From assembly GCA_964426735.1 (NCBI GenBank), contig CAYRRP010000002.1, forward strand, positions 6,582 to 70,581: a DNA stretch of 64,000 nt. Direction: 5' to 3'. This document shows, in pieces, positions 46,864 through 55,973 of the stretch. This DNA comes from an uncultured Candidatus Saccharibacteria bacterium. Lineage in GTDB: Bacteria > Patescibacteriota > Minisyncoccia > Phycocordibacterales > DATDWN01. Under the pieces are notes generated by a model that saw only the letters and a program-made list of their open reading frames with translations, was not told the DNA's origin and ran no database searches. Position numbers and translations under genes: made by a program. Position 1 is the stretch's first letter. The number at the start of each line of letters is the position of its first letter.

Positions 46864-47730
46864 ATGAAAACATTACGTGAATATGTCCGCGAGGCGGAAG
46901 AAAAAAAAGTTGCAATTGGCCATTTTAATATTTCAAATCTCGAAGGATTGTGGGGAGTGTTCCGTGCAGCATATTCACTCAACGTTCCGGTTATTATCGG
47001 AGTGTCAGAAGGTGAACGTGATTTTATGGGGGTGCGTCAGGTGAAAGCGTTGGTTGAGTCTCTTCAAAAAGAATATAATTACCCAATCTTTCTCAATGCT
47101 GATCATACCTATTCATTTGAACGAGTAAAGGAAGTGATTGATGCAGGATATGACTCTGTAATTTTTGATGGTGCAAACATTTCTTTTGAAGAAAATATAA
47201 AGTTGGCAAAACAATGTGTAGACTACGCTCGAGCATCAGGACGAGATGTATTGGTGGAAGGTGAGCTTGGATATATTGGACAGTCATCAAAGATTTTGGA
47301 TGAAATACCAGAAGGTGTTTCGTTTGATGATGCATCACTCACGTCTCCGGAGAAAGCAAAAGAATTTGTAGATGCGACAGGTGTCGATATGCTTGCTCCT
47401 GCGGTGGGAAATGTTCATGGTATGCTCCGAGGCGGGGTTGATCCGAAGCTTCGTATTGATGTGGTTAAAAGTGTCAAAGAAGCAGTAGGTGTTCCGCTTG
47501 TACTGCATGGGGGATCAGGAAATTCAGGTGAAGATTTCCAAAGTGCAATTAAAGAAGGGGTGGCGATTGTACATATCAACACTGAGCTTCGAGTGGCATA
47601 TAAAAAAGGGTTACAGTTGGCCCTTCAAGAAAATCCTGATGAAGTTGCTCCGTATAAATTTTTGCGAGAAGCTGTAAAAGAGGTACAAGCTGTCGCTGAA
47701 GCAAAACTGAGACTTTTTAATAATTTGTAA
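46864..47730 (+). CDS. fba: class II fructose-bisphosphate aldolase
   Basis: ...VAIGHFN..., ...NADHTYSFE..., ...LHGGSG... Confidence 0.85.
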   Translation: MKTLREYVREAEEKKVAIGHFNISNLEGLWGVFRAAYSLNVPVIIGVSEGERDFMGVRQVKALVESLQKEYNYPIFLNADHTYSFERVKEVIDAGYDSVIFDGANISFEENIKLAKQCVDYARASGRDVLVEGELGYIGQSSKILDEIPEGVSFDDASLTSPEKAKEFVDATGVDMLAPAVGNVHGMLRGGVDPKLRIDVVKSVKEAVGVPLVLHGGSGNSGEDFQSAIKEGVAIVHINTELRVAYKKGLQLALQENPDEVAPYKFLREAVKEVQAVAEAKLRLFNNL

Positions 47731-47742
47731 TTATATTCGGTT

Positions 47743-48717
47743 ATGAAAAAAATATACATCACCCGAAAAATTCCTGATATTGGGATATCAATGCTCACAG
47801 AAAAAGGATATGAGGTGGATATTAACCCACATGATAGACCGCTTACAAAAACAGAGTTGGTAGAAGCGGTGTCACAAAAACCATATGATGCTGTGCTTTC
47901 GCTTTTAACTGATCAGATTGATGCTGAAGTATTTGATGCTGTACCTTCAGCAAAGATTTTTGCAAATTATGCGGTAGGATTTAATAATTTTAATAGCACT
48001 GATGCACAGGCTCGAGGAATTACCCTTACAAATACACCAGGGATGTCAGCAGATACGGTCGGTGAACACACGGTCGCGATGCTACTTGCACTCACTAGTC
48101 GTATCCTCGAAGGTGATGCATATGTACGAGCAGGTAAGTATACAGGATGGGATCCGATGCTTCTTATGGGCACAGATCTCGAGGATCTAACAGTTGCGAT
48201 CGTGGGTGGTGGGCGTATTGGGTATCGTGCTGCACATATTTTACATAAAGGTTTTGGAATGAAAGTTGCATACTATGATGTTAAAAAGAATGAACAGTTT
48301 GAAAAAGATTTTAATGCTGTGTTCTATGAACAACTTGATGATGCGTTGAAAGTTGCTGATATTGTATCTCTTCATGTACCGCTTCTTGATTCAACACATC
48401 ATTTGATAGATGCCCGAAGGCTTTCTTTGATGAAACCAACAGCTTTTCTTATCAATACAGCACGAGGACCTGTGGTGGATGAGACTGCTCTTGTGGAAGC
48501 ATTGAAAAAGAAAATAATTGCAGGTGCTGGACTTGATGTGTTTGAACATGAGCCCGCACTTGCACCAGGACTGACAGAACTTCCTAATGTTGTACTTACT
48601 CCACATATTGCATCTTCAACTGTTAAAACAAGAAATCAAATGGCTGTCCGAGCAGCTACAAATATCATAGATTTTCTCGAAGGTAATGTACCAGCTGATG
48701 TTATAGTGGAAAACTAA
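47743..48717 (+). CDS. D-isomer-specific 2-hydroxyacid dehydrogenase (glycerate/phosphoglycerate dehydrogenase-like)
   Basis: NAD-binding GGGRIGYRAA and the catalytic R..E..H region. Confidence 0.75.
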   Translation: MKKIYITRKIPDIGISMLTEKGYEVDINPHDRPLTKTELVEAVSQKPYDAVLSLLTDQIDAEVFDAVPSAKIFANYAVGFNNFNSTDAQARGITLTNTPGMSADTVGEHTVAMLLALTSRILEGDAYVRAGKYTGWDPMLLMGTDLEDLTVAIVGGGRIGYRAAHILHKGFGMKVAYYDVKKNEQFEKDFNAVFYEQLDDALKVADIVSLHVPLLDSTHHLIDARRLSLMKPTAFLINTARGPVVDETALVEALKKKIIAGAGLDVFEHEPALAPGLTELPNVVLTPHIASSTVKTRNQMAVRAATNIIDFLEGNVPADVIVEN

Positions 48718-48748
48718 AGATACAGACTAGTTTCTACAGTGCTATACT

Positions 48749-49273
48749 ATGTATATGTTTTTACGAGCAAGACAAAAAGGTTTTACATTTATTGAGCTTG
48801 CGGTAGCGATCGCTATTATCGGTACATTGTCTGCTCTTATTTTTTCTGGGGCAGCGGCTTCTCGCAAATCTGCACGAGTCGCTCAGCGTGTCTCTGATAT
48901 GAAAAAAGTGCAAGCTGCTCTTGATTTGTATTACGCAAAAAATAAATCGTATCCGGTCACAAATGCCTGGAGGGGTATTTGTTACTCATACAATGGTGGT
49001 GGTGCGTATACAAAAGCAAATGGTTCGTGGATACCAGGTCTTTCTCCAGACTATATACAGTCTGTACCCACCGATCCTCAAAGTAGTCCTTCGTATGACG
49101 CAAATTGCTACCTCTATTTTTCAAACGGAACAGATTATGCTTTTTTGGTTCATCAGGTAACTGAACTTTCAAACGGTAGTTCAGGTGCGTCGTATGCCAA
49201 GTATCCAGAATTTTTTGACCCAGTTCGTCCTACGTGGGCATGGAAAGTATCCTCACCTGGCGGTAATTTTTAA
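48749..49273 (+). CDS. type IV pilin-like / pseudopilin protein (prepilin N-terminal methylation motif)
   Basis: KGFTFIELAVAIAIIG. Confidence 0.7.
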   Translation: MYMFLRARQKGFTFIELAVAIAIIGTLSALIFSGAAASRKSARVAQRVSDMKKVQAALDLYYAKNKSYPVTNAWRGICYSYNGGGAYTKANGSWIPGLSPDYIQSVPTDPQSSPSYDANCYLYFSNGTDYAFLVHQVTELSNGSSGASYAKYPEFFDPVRPTWAWKVSSPGGNF

Positions 49274-49280
49274 TTATTAT

Positions 49281-49820
49281 ATGAAATATATATCATCACA
49301 AAAAAATAAAGGTTTTACACTTGTCGAGTTGCTTGTGAGTATTGCTATTATTGGACTCCTGAGTACAGTCGTGTTTGCATCGTATTCTCAGGCACAAAAA
49401 AAGGCTCGTATCGCAAGACGGGTGTCTGATTTGAAGCAAGTACAAACCGCTCTCGCATATTATTATGCAGTGAATAAATCATATCCAAATACAAGTTGGG
49501 AATGGAGAAGTACGTGTAGTTCGTGGGGATCATATGCTCCGAATAATGTAATTCCTGGTTTAGTACCAAATTATATTGCAAACATACCTGCTGATCCGCA
49601 AACAAATGCGGCCGCAAATACATCGTGTTATATTTATGCATCAAATGGAACGGATTATTTCTTTAAGGCATATAATATAGCTGAATTTTCACATGCTGAT
49701 TATTTGTCAAAACCAGAGTTGGTGGATCCTGCAATGGATGGTGGGGCAAATCTTCAAATTGTTGACGGTGTAACTCCATGGGCGTGGAAGGTGTATACTC
49801 CTGGTATTGCTGGGTGGTAG
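49281..49820 (+). CDS. type IV pilin-like protein, paralog of preceding gene
   Basis: KGFTLVELLVSIAIIGL. Shares the ...YYYAxNKSYP... and C-terminal PWAWKVxxPG segments with its neighbour. Confidence 0.7.
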   Translation: MKYISSQKNKGFTLVELLVSIAIIGLLSTVVFASYSQAQKKARIARRVSDLKQVQTALAYYYAVNKSYPNTSWEWRSTCSSWGSYAPNNVIPGLVPNYIANIPADPQTNAAANTSCYIYASNGTDYFFKAYNIAEFSHADYLSKPELVDPAMDGGANLQIVDGVTPWAWKVYTPGIAGW

Positions 49821-49868
49821 GCTGTTTTACTCCTTGCATAAAGTCTAGTTTTCTGTATAATTGCACCC

Positions 49869-50519
49869 ATGGTAACTCTTAATTATGTAGATAGAAAAGA
49901 AGTGGGTAATTCGACTGGGCTTCGTGCACAGGGTCTTATTCCTGCGGTATTTTATGGTAAAAAACAAGCTTCGACTCCTGTTGCTGTACAGCGAAGTGAG
50001 TTTTTGAAAGTGTGGAAAGCGGTAGGTGAATCAGGTGTTATCTCACTTGTTGGACCTTCTGGTACAGTGGATGTGTTGATTCAGGAAGTAGATACCGACC
50101 CTGTTACAGAAATACCTCAGCATGCAGACTTTTACGTGTTTGAAAAAGGAAAGAAGATTGAAGTTTCAATTCCACTCGTCTTTACTGGTGTATCTCCTGC
50201 AGTAAAAGATCTCTCAGGAAACTTGGTGAAAGTAATGCATGATATTACTATCGAAGCATCTCCAGAAAATCTTCCTCATGAAATTGAAGTAGATATTTCT
50301 GCACTTATTGACTTCGATTCAGTTATTCTTGCTAAAAACCTCGCTCTTCCAAAAGGTGTATCGCTTGTTGGTGATGAGGATGAAGTAGTTGCATCAGTAT
50401 CTGCTCCACGTGGTGATGAACCAGAAGAGCCTACTGTGGCACCAGACCTTTCAGCTATTGAGGTGGTTAAGAAAGGTAAGAAAGACGAAGAAGGTGCTGA
50501 GGGTGCTGTCGCTGAGTAA
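49869..50519 (+). CDS. rplY: 50S ribosomal protein L25 / general stress protein Ctc
   Basis: 216 aa with an L25 beta-barrel N-domain and an acidic tail. TATAAT at 49853-49858 sits only 10 nt before the ATG. Confidence 0.8.
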   Translation: MVTLNYVDRKEVGNSTGLRAQGLIPAVFYGKKQASTPVAVQRSEFLKVWKAVGESGVISLVGPSGTVDVLIQEVDTDPVTEIPQHADFYVFEKGKKIEVSIPLVFTGVSPAVKDLSGNLVKVMHDITIEASPENLPHEIEVDISALIDFDSVILAKNLALPKGVSLVGDEDEVVASVSAPRGDEPEEPTVAPDLSAIEVVKKGKKDEEGAEGAVAE

Positions 50520-50561
50520 CTCCGCTCCAAGAGTAATCTCATTGTTTAAAATTAAAATCTG

Positions 50562-50591
50562 AAAAAAGAGGCAACAAAGCCTCTTTTTTGC
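50562..50591 (+). terminator. terminator aaaaaagaggc-aacaaa-gcctctttttt
   Basis: Perfect stem followed by a T-run. Confidence 0.75.
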
Positions 50592-50688
50592 TATCGACCA
50601 GAGGTGTCTTTTTAGGCTATAATAGAGACTGATCTTTTCCTTCTCCCGTTCGGTCTGTCTGAGTTATATAATCAAGATCATTTCCTTT

Positions 50689-52050
50689 ATGAAATCTAAA
50701 GTAACATACATAGTCTTTTTTTGTCTTTTTTTGTTTTCAATCATGGTTCCTTTATCTGTTGGAGCACAGCAAACACCAGAACAAATTGCTGCACAAGAAG
50801 CTCAGTGGAAAGCAGAACTTGAGGCGACAGAAAAAGATATTGCAAAATGGCAAGATATTTTAAATAACACAAAAAAGGGTACAGCCTCTTTGCAAAAAGA
50901 AGCTGATATGTTGAATGCAAAAATAAATGAAGCAAAAGCATTTATTAAAAAAAGAAACATTGCGATTGAGCAGCTTCGTAGAGACATAGACAATAAAACA
51001 AAAACAATCGGTACCCTTGAAGAAAAAATTAAAAATAGTCAGGATTCACTTGCTCAGCTTATCCGAAAGACCCATGAAATAGACTCGTATACATTACCTG
51101 AGGTTATCTTAGCTAAGAAAGATCTGTCAGATTTTTTTAGTGATGCTGATTCATTTAACACTATCAATAAATCTCTCAAAGAGTTACTTGATGATATTAG
51201 AGAGACAAAAAATCTTACGGAAAAAGAGCGAGAATTGCTCGATAAAAAGAAGAACGAAGAGATTGATATAAAAGCAAATGTTGAAGCTCAAAAACGGCAG
51301 GTTGAGAAAAACGAACAAGAAAAACAATACCTAATCAAAGTAAACAAAACCCAAGAAAAAAGTTATGAGCAGGTGATCAAAGAGCGTCAAAAGAAAGCAG
51401 CCGAGATTCGTGCAGCACTGTTTGCATTGCGTGATACCGCAGCGATTCCATTTGGTACCGCATATCAGTATGCACTTGAAGCAGAAAAAGCGACTGGTAT
51501 TAGACCTGCATTCCTTTTGGCGATTTTGACACAAGAAACAAATCTCGGAAAAAACCAAGGTTCATGTAATAAACCAGATAGTCCAGTTGAGAAACAGTGG
51601 CAAGCGATTATGCCTGGTCCAGAAGATATTAAAAAAGGACTTTCAAAACGAGATGATGAAAGTGCGTTTTTACGTATCGTAGAATCCCTTGGTGTTGGAC
51701 CTCGAGATCGAGTATTGTCATGTCCGATTGGTGGTACCGGATGGGGAGGGGCGATGGGACCTTCGCAGTTTATCCCGACCACATGGGAAGCATATGCACC
51801 ACGTGTAGCACAAGCATTGGGTAAAACAATCACAAACCCATGGAATGCAGAAGATGCATTCGTGGCTTCATCTATTTATCTCACAGATCTCGGTGCAGCG
51901 GCACAGACATATACAGCAGAGCGAACAGCGGCACTGAAGTACTACGCAGGAGGGAACTGGAATAAAAAAGCGAATGCATTTTATGGGGATCAGGTGATGG
52001 CGAAAGCGAAAGTCATCCAGGAGACCATGATCGACCCTCTTAACTTCTAA
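50689..52050 (+). CDS. secreted coiled-coil protein with C-terminal MltB-like lytic transglycosylase domain
   Basis: Signal peptide, about 250 aa of coiled coil, then ...ILTQETNLG... and ...GAMGPSQFIPTTW.... Confidence 0.6.
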   Translation: MKSKVTYIVFFCLFLFSIMVPLSVGAQQTPEQIAAQEAQWKAELEATEKDIAKWQDILNNTKKGTASLQKEADMLNAKINEAKAFIKKRNIAIEQLRRDIDNKTKTIGTLEEKIKNSQDSLAQLIRKTHEIDSYTLPEVILAKKDLSDFFSDADSFNTINKSLKELLDDIRETKNLTEKERELLDKKKNEEIDIKANVEAQKRQVEKNEQEKQYLIKVNKTQEKSYEQVIKERQKKAAEIRAALFALRDTAAIPFGTAYQYALEAEKATGIRPAFLLAILTQETNLGKNQGSCNKPDSPVEKQWQAIMPGPEDIKKGLSKRDDESAFLRIVESLGVGPRDRVLSCPIGGTGWGGAMGPSQFIPTTWEAYAPRVAQALGKTITNPWNAEDAFVASSIYLTDLGAAAQTYTAERTAALKYYAGGNWNKKANAFYGDQVMAKAKVIQETMIDPLNF

Positions 52051-52061
52051 CCGCTCTGATC

Positions 52062-52166
52062 TTTTTCACCAATCTCATCGTCTAAAATGTAGTAAAATAT
52101 TTTCCGCCGTACGCATAGTACGTCTATAAATATTTTCTACATTTTATACGCGACCTTGGTGAAAAA
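52062..52166. repeat. about 105-bp imperfect palindrome (AT-rich 40-bp arms) with 25-nt loop containing CGTACGCATAGTACGTCT
   Basis: Arms tttttcaccaatctcatcgtctaaaatgtagtaaaatattt / aaatattttctacattttatacgcgaccttggtgaaaaa. The tract polarity is wrong for an intrinsic terminator. Confidence 0.6.
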
Positions 52167-52324
52167 TCTACAGAGCTTTCATTCTAAAAAAATTAAGTGA
52201 TAACTTAACCAAAAAGAGTCTTAAGATAAGGCTTTTTTGGTACTTGACAAATAGGTATTTGATTGTGTATAATATATTGGTAGGCAAAAAAGCCAAAGTC
52301 CTTTGAATTCATCAACGAGGAGTT

Positions 52325-52837
52325 GTGATGCAGCAAGTATTTACGCCCCAAGAATTTTTGAGCTACCTGAACCGGTATCTCAAGGTAAAACGCCCGAACC
52401 TGATCGAAGAAAAAAGTCGGGAAGAACGAGCTAGTAAAGACGTTCCTTTGTTTCCTCTCGACACTCTCGATTTCAACAAGGATGTTGATCTCGTTATTTG
52501 CGGTCCTTGCTCCACCGGCGTGCTTGACTGGATGGCATACAACGAAGACTTTCCGATGGGAAAATGCATGGTCAAGGCGGGGGAACCTGATAGGTCTTGG
52601 CTTCATTCAGCTCTTTCCCGACAAGAAAAGTCGGTGAAAAATATCGTTGTTTATGCTACCTGCTGCGGTTGCTATACGGACAGATACAAGACCCTGCTTG
52701 CACAAGTGTTTTCAGAGATCAATTGGCACTTTCCGTACGTTCGGGATTTGTGCGACAATAATAACCCTGATCGGATTGCGGAAGGATTGCTTAAAGCCGG
52801 CATTCTCAAGATTGTTCCGGCTCCTGTAGTCGCCTAA
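52325..52837 (+). CDS. hypothetical Cys-rich protein (CGPC ... CCGC), locally elevated GC
   Basis: 170-aa ORF with no recognised family. Confidence 0.4.
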   Translation: MMQQVFTPQEFLSYLNRYLKVKRPNLIEEKSREERASKDVPLFPLDTLDFNKDVDLVICGPCSTGVLDWMAYNEDFPMGKCMVKAGEPDRSWLHSALSRQEKSVKNIVVYATCCGCYTDRYKTLLAQVFSEINWHFPYVRDLCDNNNPDRIAEGLLKAGILKIVPAPVVA

Positions 52838-52853
52838 CCGATTTCGTCAACCC

Positions 52854-52899
52854 CGTACCAAACAAGCCTTGTGCCTGTTTGGACGGGGTTTTGTTTTAT
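52854..52899 (+). terminator. terminator ccccgtaccaaacaag-N9-ctgtttggacgggg + T-run
   Basis: 15-bp stem with one bulge. Confidence 0.7.
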
Positions 52900-52928
52900 A
52901 TAAAATCACAGAGTCTATTTTAGTCATT

Positions 52929-53096
52929 GAGCAAGTCCACCAATGCACCTAATCGGAGCCCCCGCAGGGTCTGAGCCGGTGTTGTCAATGACCCGAAGCT
53001 TTGCTGAGGGCTCTTGACAACTCAGGCCCGAGGACAGCCAAAAGTGCTCGCTGGAGACTTTTGGGCAGCTCCGATTAGGTGCATTGGTGGACTCGC
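52929..53096. repeat. 168-nt GC-rich structured element with perfect 26-bp terminal inverted repeats (MITE-like or structured ncRNA), immediately upstream of rpmE
   Basis: agtccaccaatgcacctaatcggagc (52934-52959) is the exact reverse complement of 53068-53093. The interior has a second nested hairpin (ctgag..ttgtcaa / ttgacaa..ctcag). Confidence 0.6.
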
Positions 53097-53156
53097 GGAG
53101 GTCAGACTAAAGGGGAAGTTGCAAAAATAAGGAATTTTTGGTACAGTATTCGGGCA

Positions 53157-53414
53157 ATGAAAAAAGACATACATCCTAAGAACTACCGAGACGTTTTGTT
53201 TATCGACAACTCAAACAGTGCTGAGTTTATTATCTCGTCTGCGGTAAAGACTAATGAGACTGGAAAAGCTAAAGATGGTAAAGAATACCCTATTTTCCGA
53301 GTAGAAATCTCTAGCGCATCACATCCTTTTTATACAGGAAATGAGAAAACTCTCGACACCGCTGGTCGTGTAGAACGCTTTAAAGCAAAACAGGCAAAAG
53401 CTAAAACTAAGTAG
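53157..53414 (+). CDS. rpmE: 50S ribosomal protein L31 (type B, no CxxC zinc motif)
   Basis: MKKDIHPKNYRDV start; 85 aa. Confidence 0.85.
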   Translation: MKKDIHPKNYRDVLFIDNSNSAEFIISSAVKTNETGKAKDGKEYPIFRVEISSASHPFYTGNEKTLDTAGRVERFKAKQAKAKTK

Positions 53415-53425
53415 ATAGTCCATCA

Positions 53426-53490
53426 AGTCTATAAAGTCCATACAGTCAGAAGCACTAATGCTCATGACTTTATGGACTTTTGACTTTATA
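53426..53490 (+). terminator. nested hairpin terminator region (agtctataaagtc ... gactttatagact; inner gtccata/tatggac + tttt)
   Basis: 13-bp outer perfect IR plus an inner stem followed by a T-run. Confidence 0.5.
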
Positions 53491-53509
53491 GACTTTAGAC
53501 TATACACAT

Positions 53510-54481
53510 ATGGACGATCAGTTTAAAGACAATCCAAAGACCGCATATCTCTATGAGATGTATACTAAGCTTCAGAAAGATGAAGAGGATATTCTCGTAC
53601 TTGAGAGCGACCCTTCGATGGTTGAAATGGTAAAGACAGAAAAGGCTAACATTGAAGCTCAAAAAACTGCGTTGATGGATCAAATGAAAGAGATTATTGA
53701 GTCTGAAAAGAAAGAAGAGGAGTTTCCTAATGAAATTATTCTTGAGGTGCGTGCCGGTGCAGGAGGAGAGGAAGCGTCACTATTTGCCGAAGAACTTGCT
53801 CATATGTATAGCAGATACGCTGAAACCCAAGGGTGGAGTGTTGCGGTGATTGATGAGTCGAGAAGTGCAGTGGGAGGTTACAAAGAAGCATCGTTTGAAA
53901 TCAGAGGACGAGATGTATACAAAAAACTTCGCTATGAGACAGGAGTGCATCGAGTTCAACGTGTACCAGCGACAGAGAAGATGGGGCGAGTGCATACATC
54001 GACTGCATCGGTAGCGATTTTGCCTGTACGAAAGAAGACCAATATTTATATCAACCCTGCTGACTTGGAGATGGAATTTTCACGCTCAGGAGGTGCGGGA
54101 GGACAAAACGTAAACAAAGTAGAGACAGCGGTGCGTATCATCCATAAGCCAACAGGTATTGATGTACGCTCTACAGCCGAGCGAAGTCAGCTCAAAAATC
54201 GTGAAAAAGCGATGAGTATTTTGACTGCCAAACTCCAAGTGCTCAAAGATGAAGAGGAAGCTCGAAAGTTTTCAGCTGAACGAAAAGATCAGATTGGTAC
54301 TGCCGATCGGTCAGAGAAAATCCGTACCTACAATATCCTCCAGGATCGTATCACTGACCACCGTATCCGAGTATCGTGGCACAATATTACAAAGATTTTA
54401 GAAGGTGAAATGGAAGGTATTATCGAAGCTTTTGAGAACTTTAATGGACAAGTAGTGGAAGGGGGTCAAGAAGAGGATTAA
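53510..54481 (+). CDS. prfA: peptide chain release factor 1
   Basis: PAT tripeptide ([17 protein letters not shown]) and GGQ ([11 protein letters not shown]). Confidence 0.85.
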   Translation: MDDQFKDNPKTAYLYEMYTKLQKDEEDILVLESDPSMVEMVKTEKANIEAQKTALMDQMKEIIESEKKEEEFPNEIILEVRAGAGGEEASLFAEELAHMYSRYAETQGWSVAVIDESRSAVGGYKEASFEIRGRDVYKKLRYETGVHRVQRVPATEKMGRVHTSTASVAILPVRKKTNIYINPADLEMEFSRSGGAGGQNVNKVETAVRIIHKPTGIDVRSTAERSQLKNREKAMSILTAKLQVLKDEEEARKFSAERKDQIGTADRSEKIRTYNILQDRITDHRIRVSWHNITKILEGEMEGIIEAFENFNGQVVEGGQEED

Positions 54482-54624
54482 AGTAGCTGGATTAAGGATT
54501 AATGAGGGAGAAAATACACGAATTATGAATTTAATTTATTCTTTAATCTGTAATCCTTAATCAAAAATCTAGCGTATAATGCTATTGCAAATACCTGCCT
54601 AGTTTGGTATAGTACTCCGTACAT

Positions 54625-55335
54625 ATGGAAAAAAACATCACTTCAGGTCAGAACACGGTAGACGCACTCTTTGCAGTAGGGGCTCATTTTGGCTTCGTAA
54701 AATCTCGACGACATCCGTCACATAAACCGTTTATTTTTGGTACAAAAAATAAGATTGAAATTTTTGACCTTGAAAAAACAAAAGTATCTTTCGATAAAGC
54801 ACTTGAATTCGTAAAAGAGCTTGGGGCAAAAAACGCACCAATCCTTTTTGTGAGTGGTAAAAGTGAAGCAAAAGAAGCTATTGAAAAAGCAGGAACAACT
54901 CTTGGTTTTCCTTATGTTGCCGGACGATGGTTGGGAGGAACACTGACAAACTTTCCTGAAATCAGAAAGCGAGTAAACAAACTCGAGGATCTTCTTTCTC
55001 AGAAAGAAAAAGGTGAGCTTGCAAAATATACTAAAAAAGAACGACTTTTGATTGATCGAGAAATCGAACGAATGAAAATCTTTTTCACAGGCCTTTCAAA
55101 TCTTAAAGAAATGCCAAAAGCACTGTTTATTGTAGATACAAAACGTGAGTATTCGGCTGTAGCAGAAGCAAAAGCACTTAATATTCCAATAATCTCTCTT
55201 GTTGGGTCAGATTGTAACTTAACTGAAAGCTCATACCCAATTCCGGGGAATGATGCATCAAAAGCAAGTATTTCATATTTTATAGATCAGATTATTAGTG
55301 CGTATCGAGCAGGTCAACTTTCAAAGACTCAGTAA
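54625..55335 (+). CDS. rpsB: 30S ribosomal protein S2
   Basis: ...LFAVGAHFG..., ...RWLGGTLTN.... Confidence 0.9.
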   Translation: MEKNITSGQNTVDALFAVGAHFGFVKSRRHPSHKPFIFGTKNKIEIFDLEKTKVSFDKALEFVKELGAKNAPILFVSGKSEAKEAIEKAGTTLGFPYVAGRWLGGTLTNFPEIRKRVNKLEDLLSQKEKGELAKYTKKERLLIDREIERMKIFFTGLSNLKEMPKALFIVDTKREYSAVAEAKALNIPIISLVGSDCNLTESSYPIPGNDASKASISYFIDQIISAYRAGQLSKTQ

Positions 55336-55379
55336 TACTTGTTTTCTTTAGGTTTATTTATTTGTTAATTTAAAATTCT

Positions 55380-55964
55380 ATGGAAATCACAACAGAACTT
55401 ATCAAAACACTTCGAGATCAAACAGGGGTGTCTGTTATGCAATGTAAAAAAGCTCTTGAGGAGGCAGGAGGAGATATGGATAAGGCTGTGATTATTCTCA
55501 AAAAAAGAAGTGCTGAGACTGCTCAGAAAAAAAGTGATCGTGAACTCGGTGCGGGTGTAGTGGAGAGCTATATTCATAGTACAAAAACTGTAGGCGCAAT
55601 GGTTGAGCTTATGTGTGAGACTGATTTCGTATCTGGAAATGAAGAGTTTAAAAAACTTGCATACGATATCGCAATGCATGTTGCTGCAACAAATCCAAGT
55701 GTACTTACAAAAGAAGAAATTTCTGAAGAGGCTAAAGCAAAAGCACTTGAGGTATTTGCACCTGAAGTAGAAGGTAAGCCAGAAGAACTTAAAGCAAAGA
55801 TTCTTGAAGGTAAACTTGATTCATTTTTTAATGAACAGGTTCTTCTTGATCAAGCGTTTATAAAAAACAGCGAGGTGACTATTCGAGGTTTGATTGAACA
55901 AGGTACTCAAAAATTTGGAGAAAAAATACAACTCACACGATTTGTTCGGTTCTCAATTAAGTAA
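55380..55964 (+). CDS. tsf: elongation factor Ts (short form)
   Basis: LIKTLRDQTGVSVMQCKKAL (UBA-like N-terminus) ...GAMVELMCETDFV.... Confidence 0.85.
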   Translation: MEITTELIKTLRDQTGVSVMQCKKALEEAGGDMDKAVIILKKRSAETAQKKSDRELGAGVVESYIHSTKTVGAMVELMCETDFVSGNEEFKKLAYDIAMHVAATNPSVLTKEEISEEAKAKALEVFAPEVEGKPEELKAKILEGKLDSFFNEQVLLDQAFIKNSEVTIRGLIEQGTQKFGEKIQLTRFVRFSIK

Positions 55965-55973
55965 TTTAATTCT

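Noticed and set aside
52929-53096. Calling the 168-nt inverted-repeat element a 6S RNA or riboswitch
   Set aside because: The general shape (long closing stem) is compatible with 6S RNA, but I cannot see the conserved central-bubble features by eye. Perfect 26-bp arms fit a MITE equally well. It is left as unclassified structured element.
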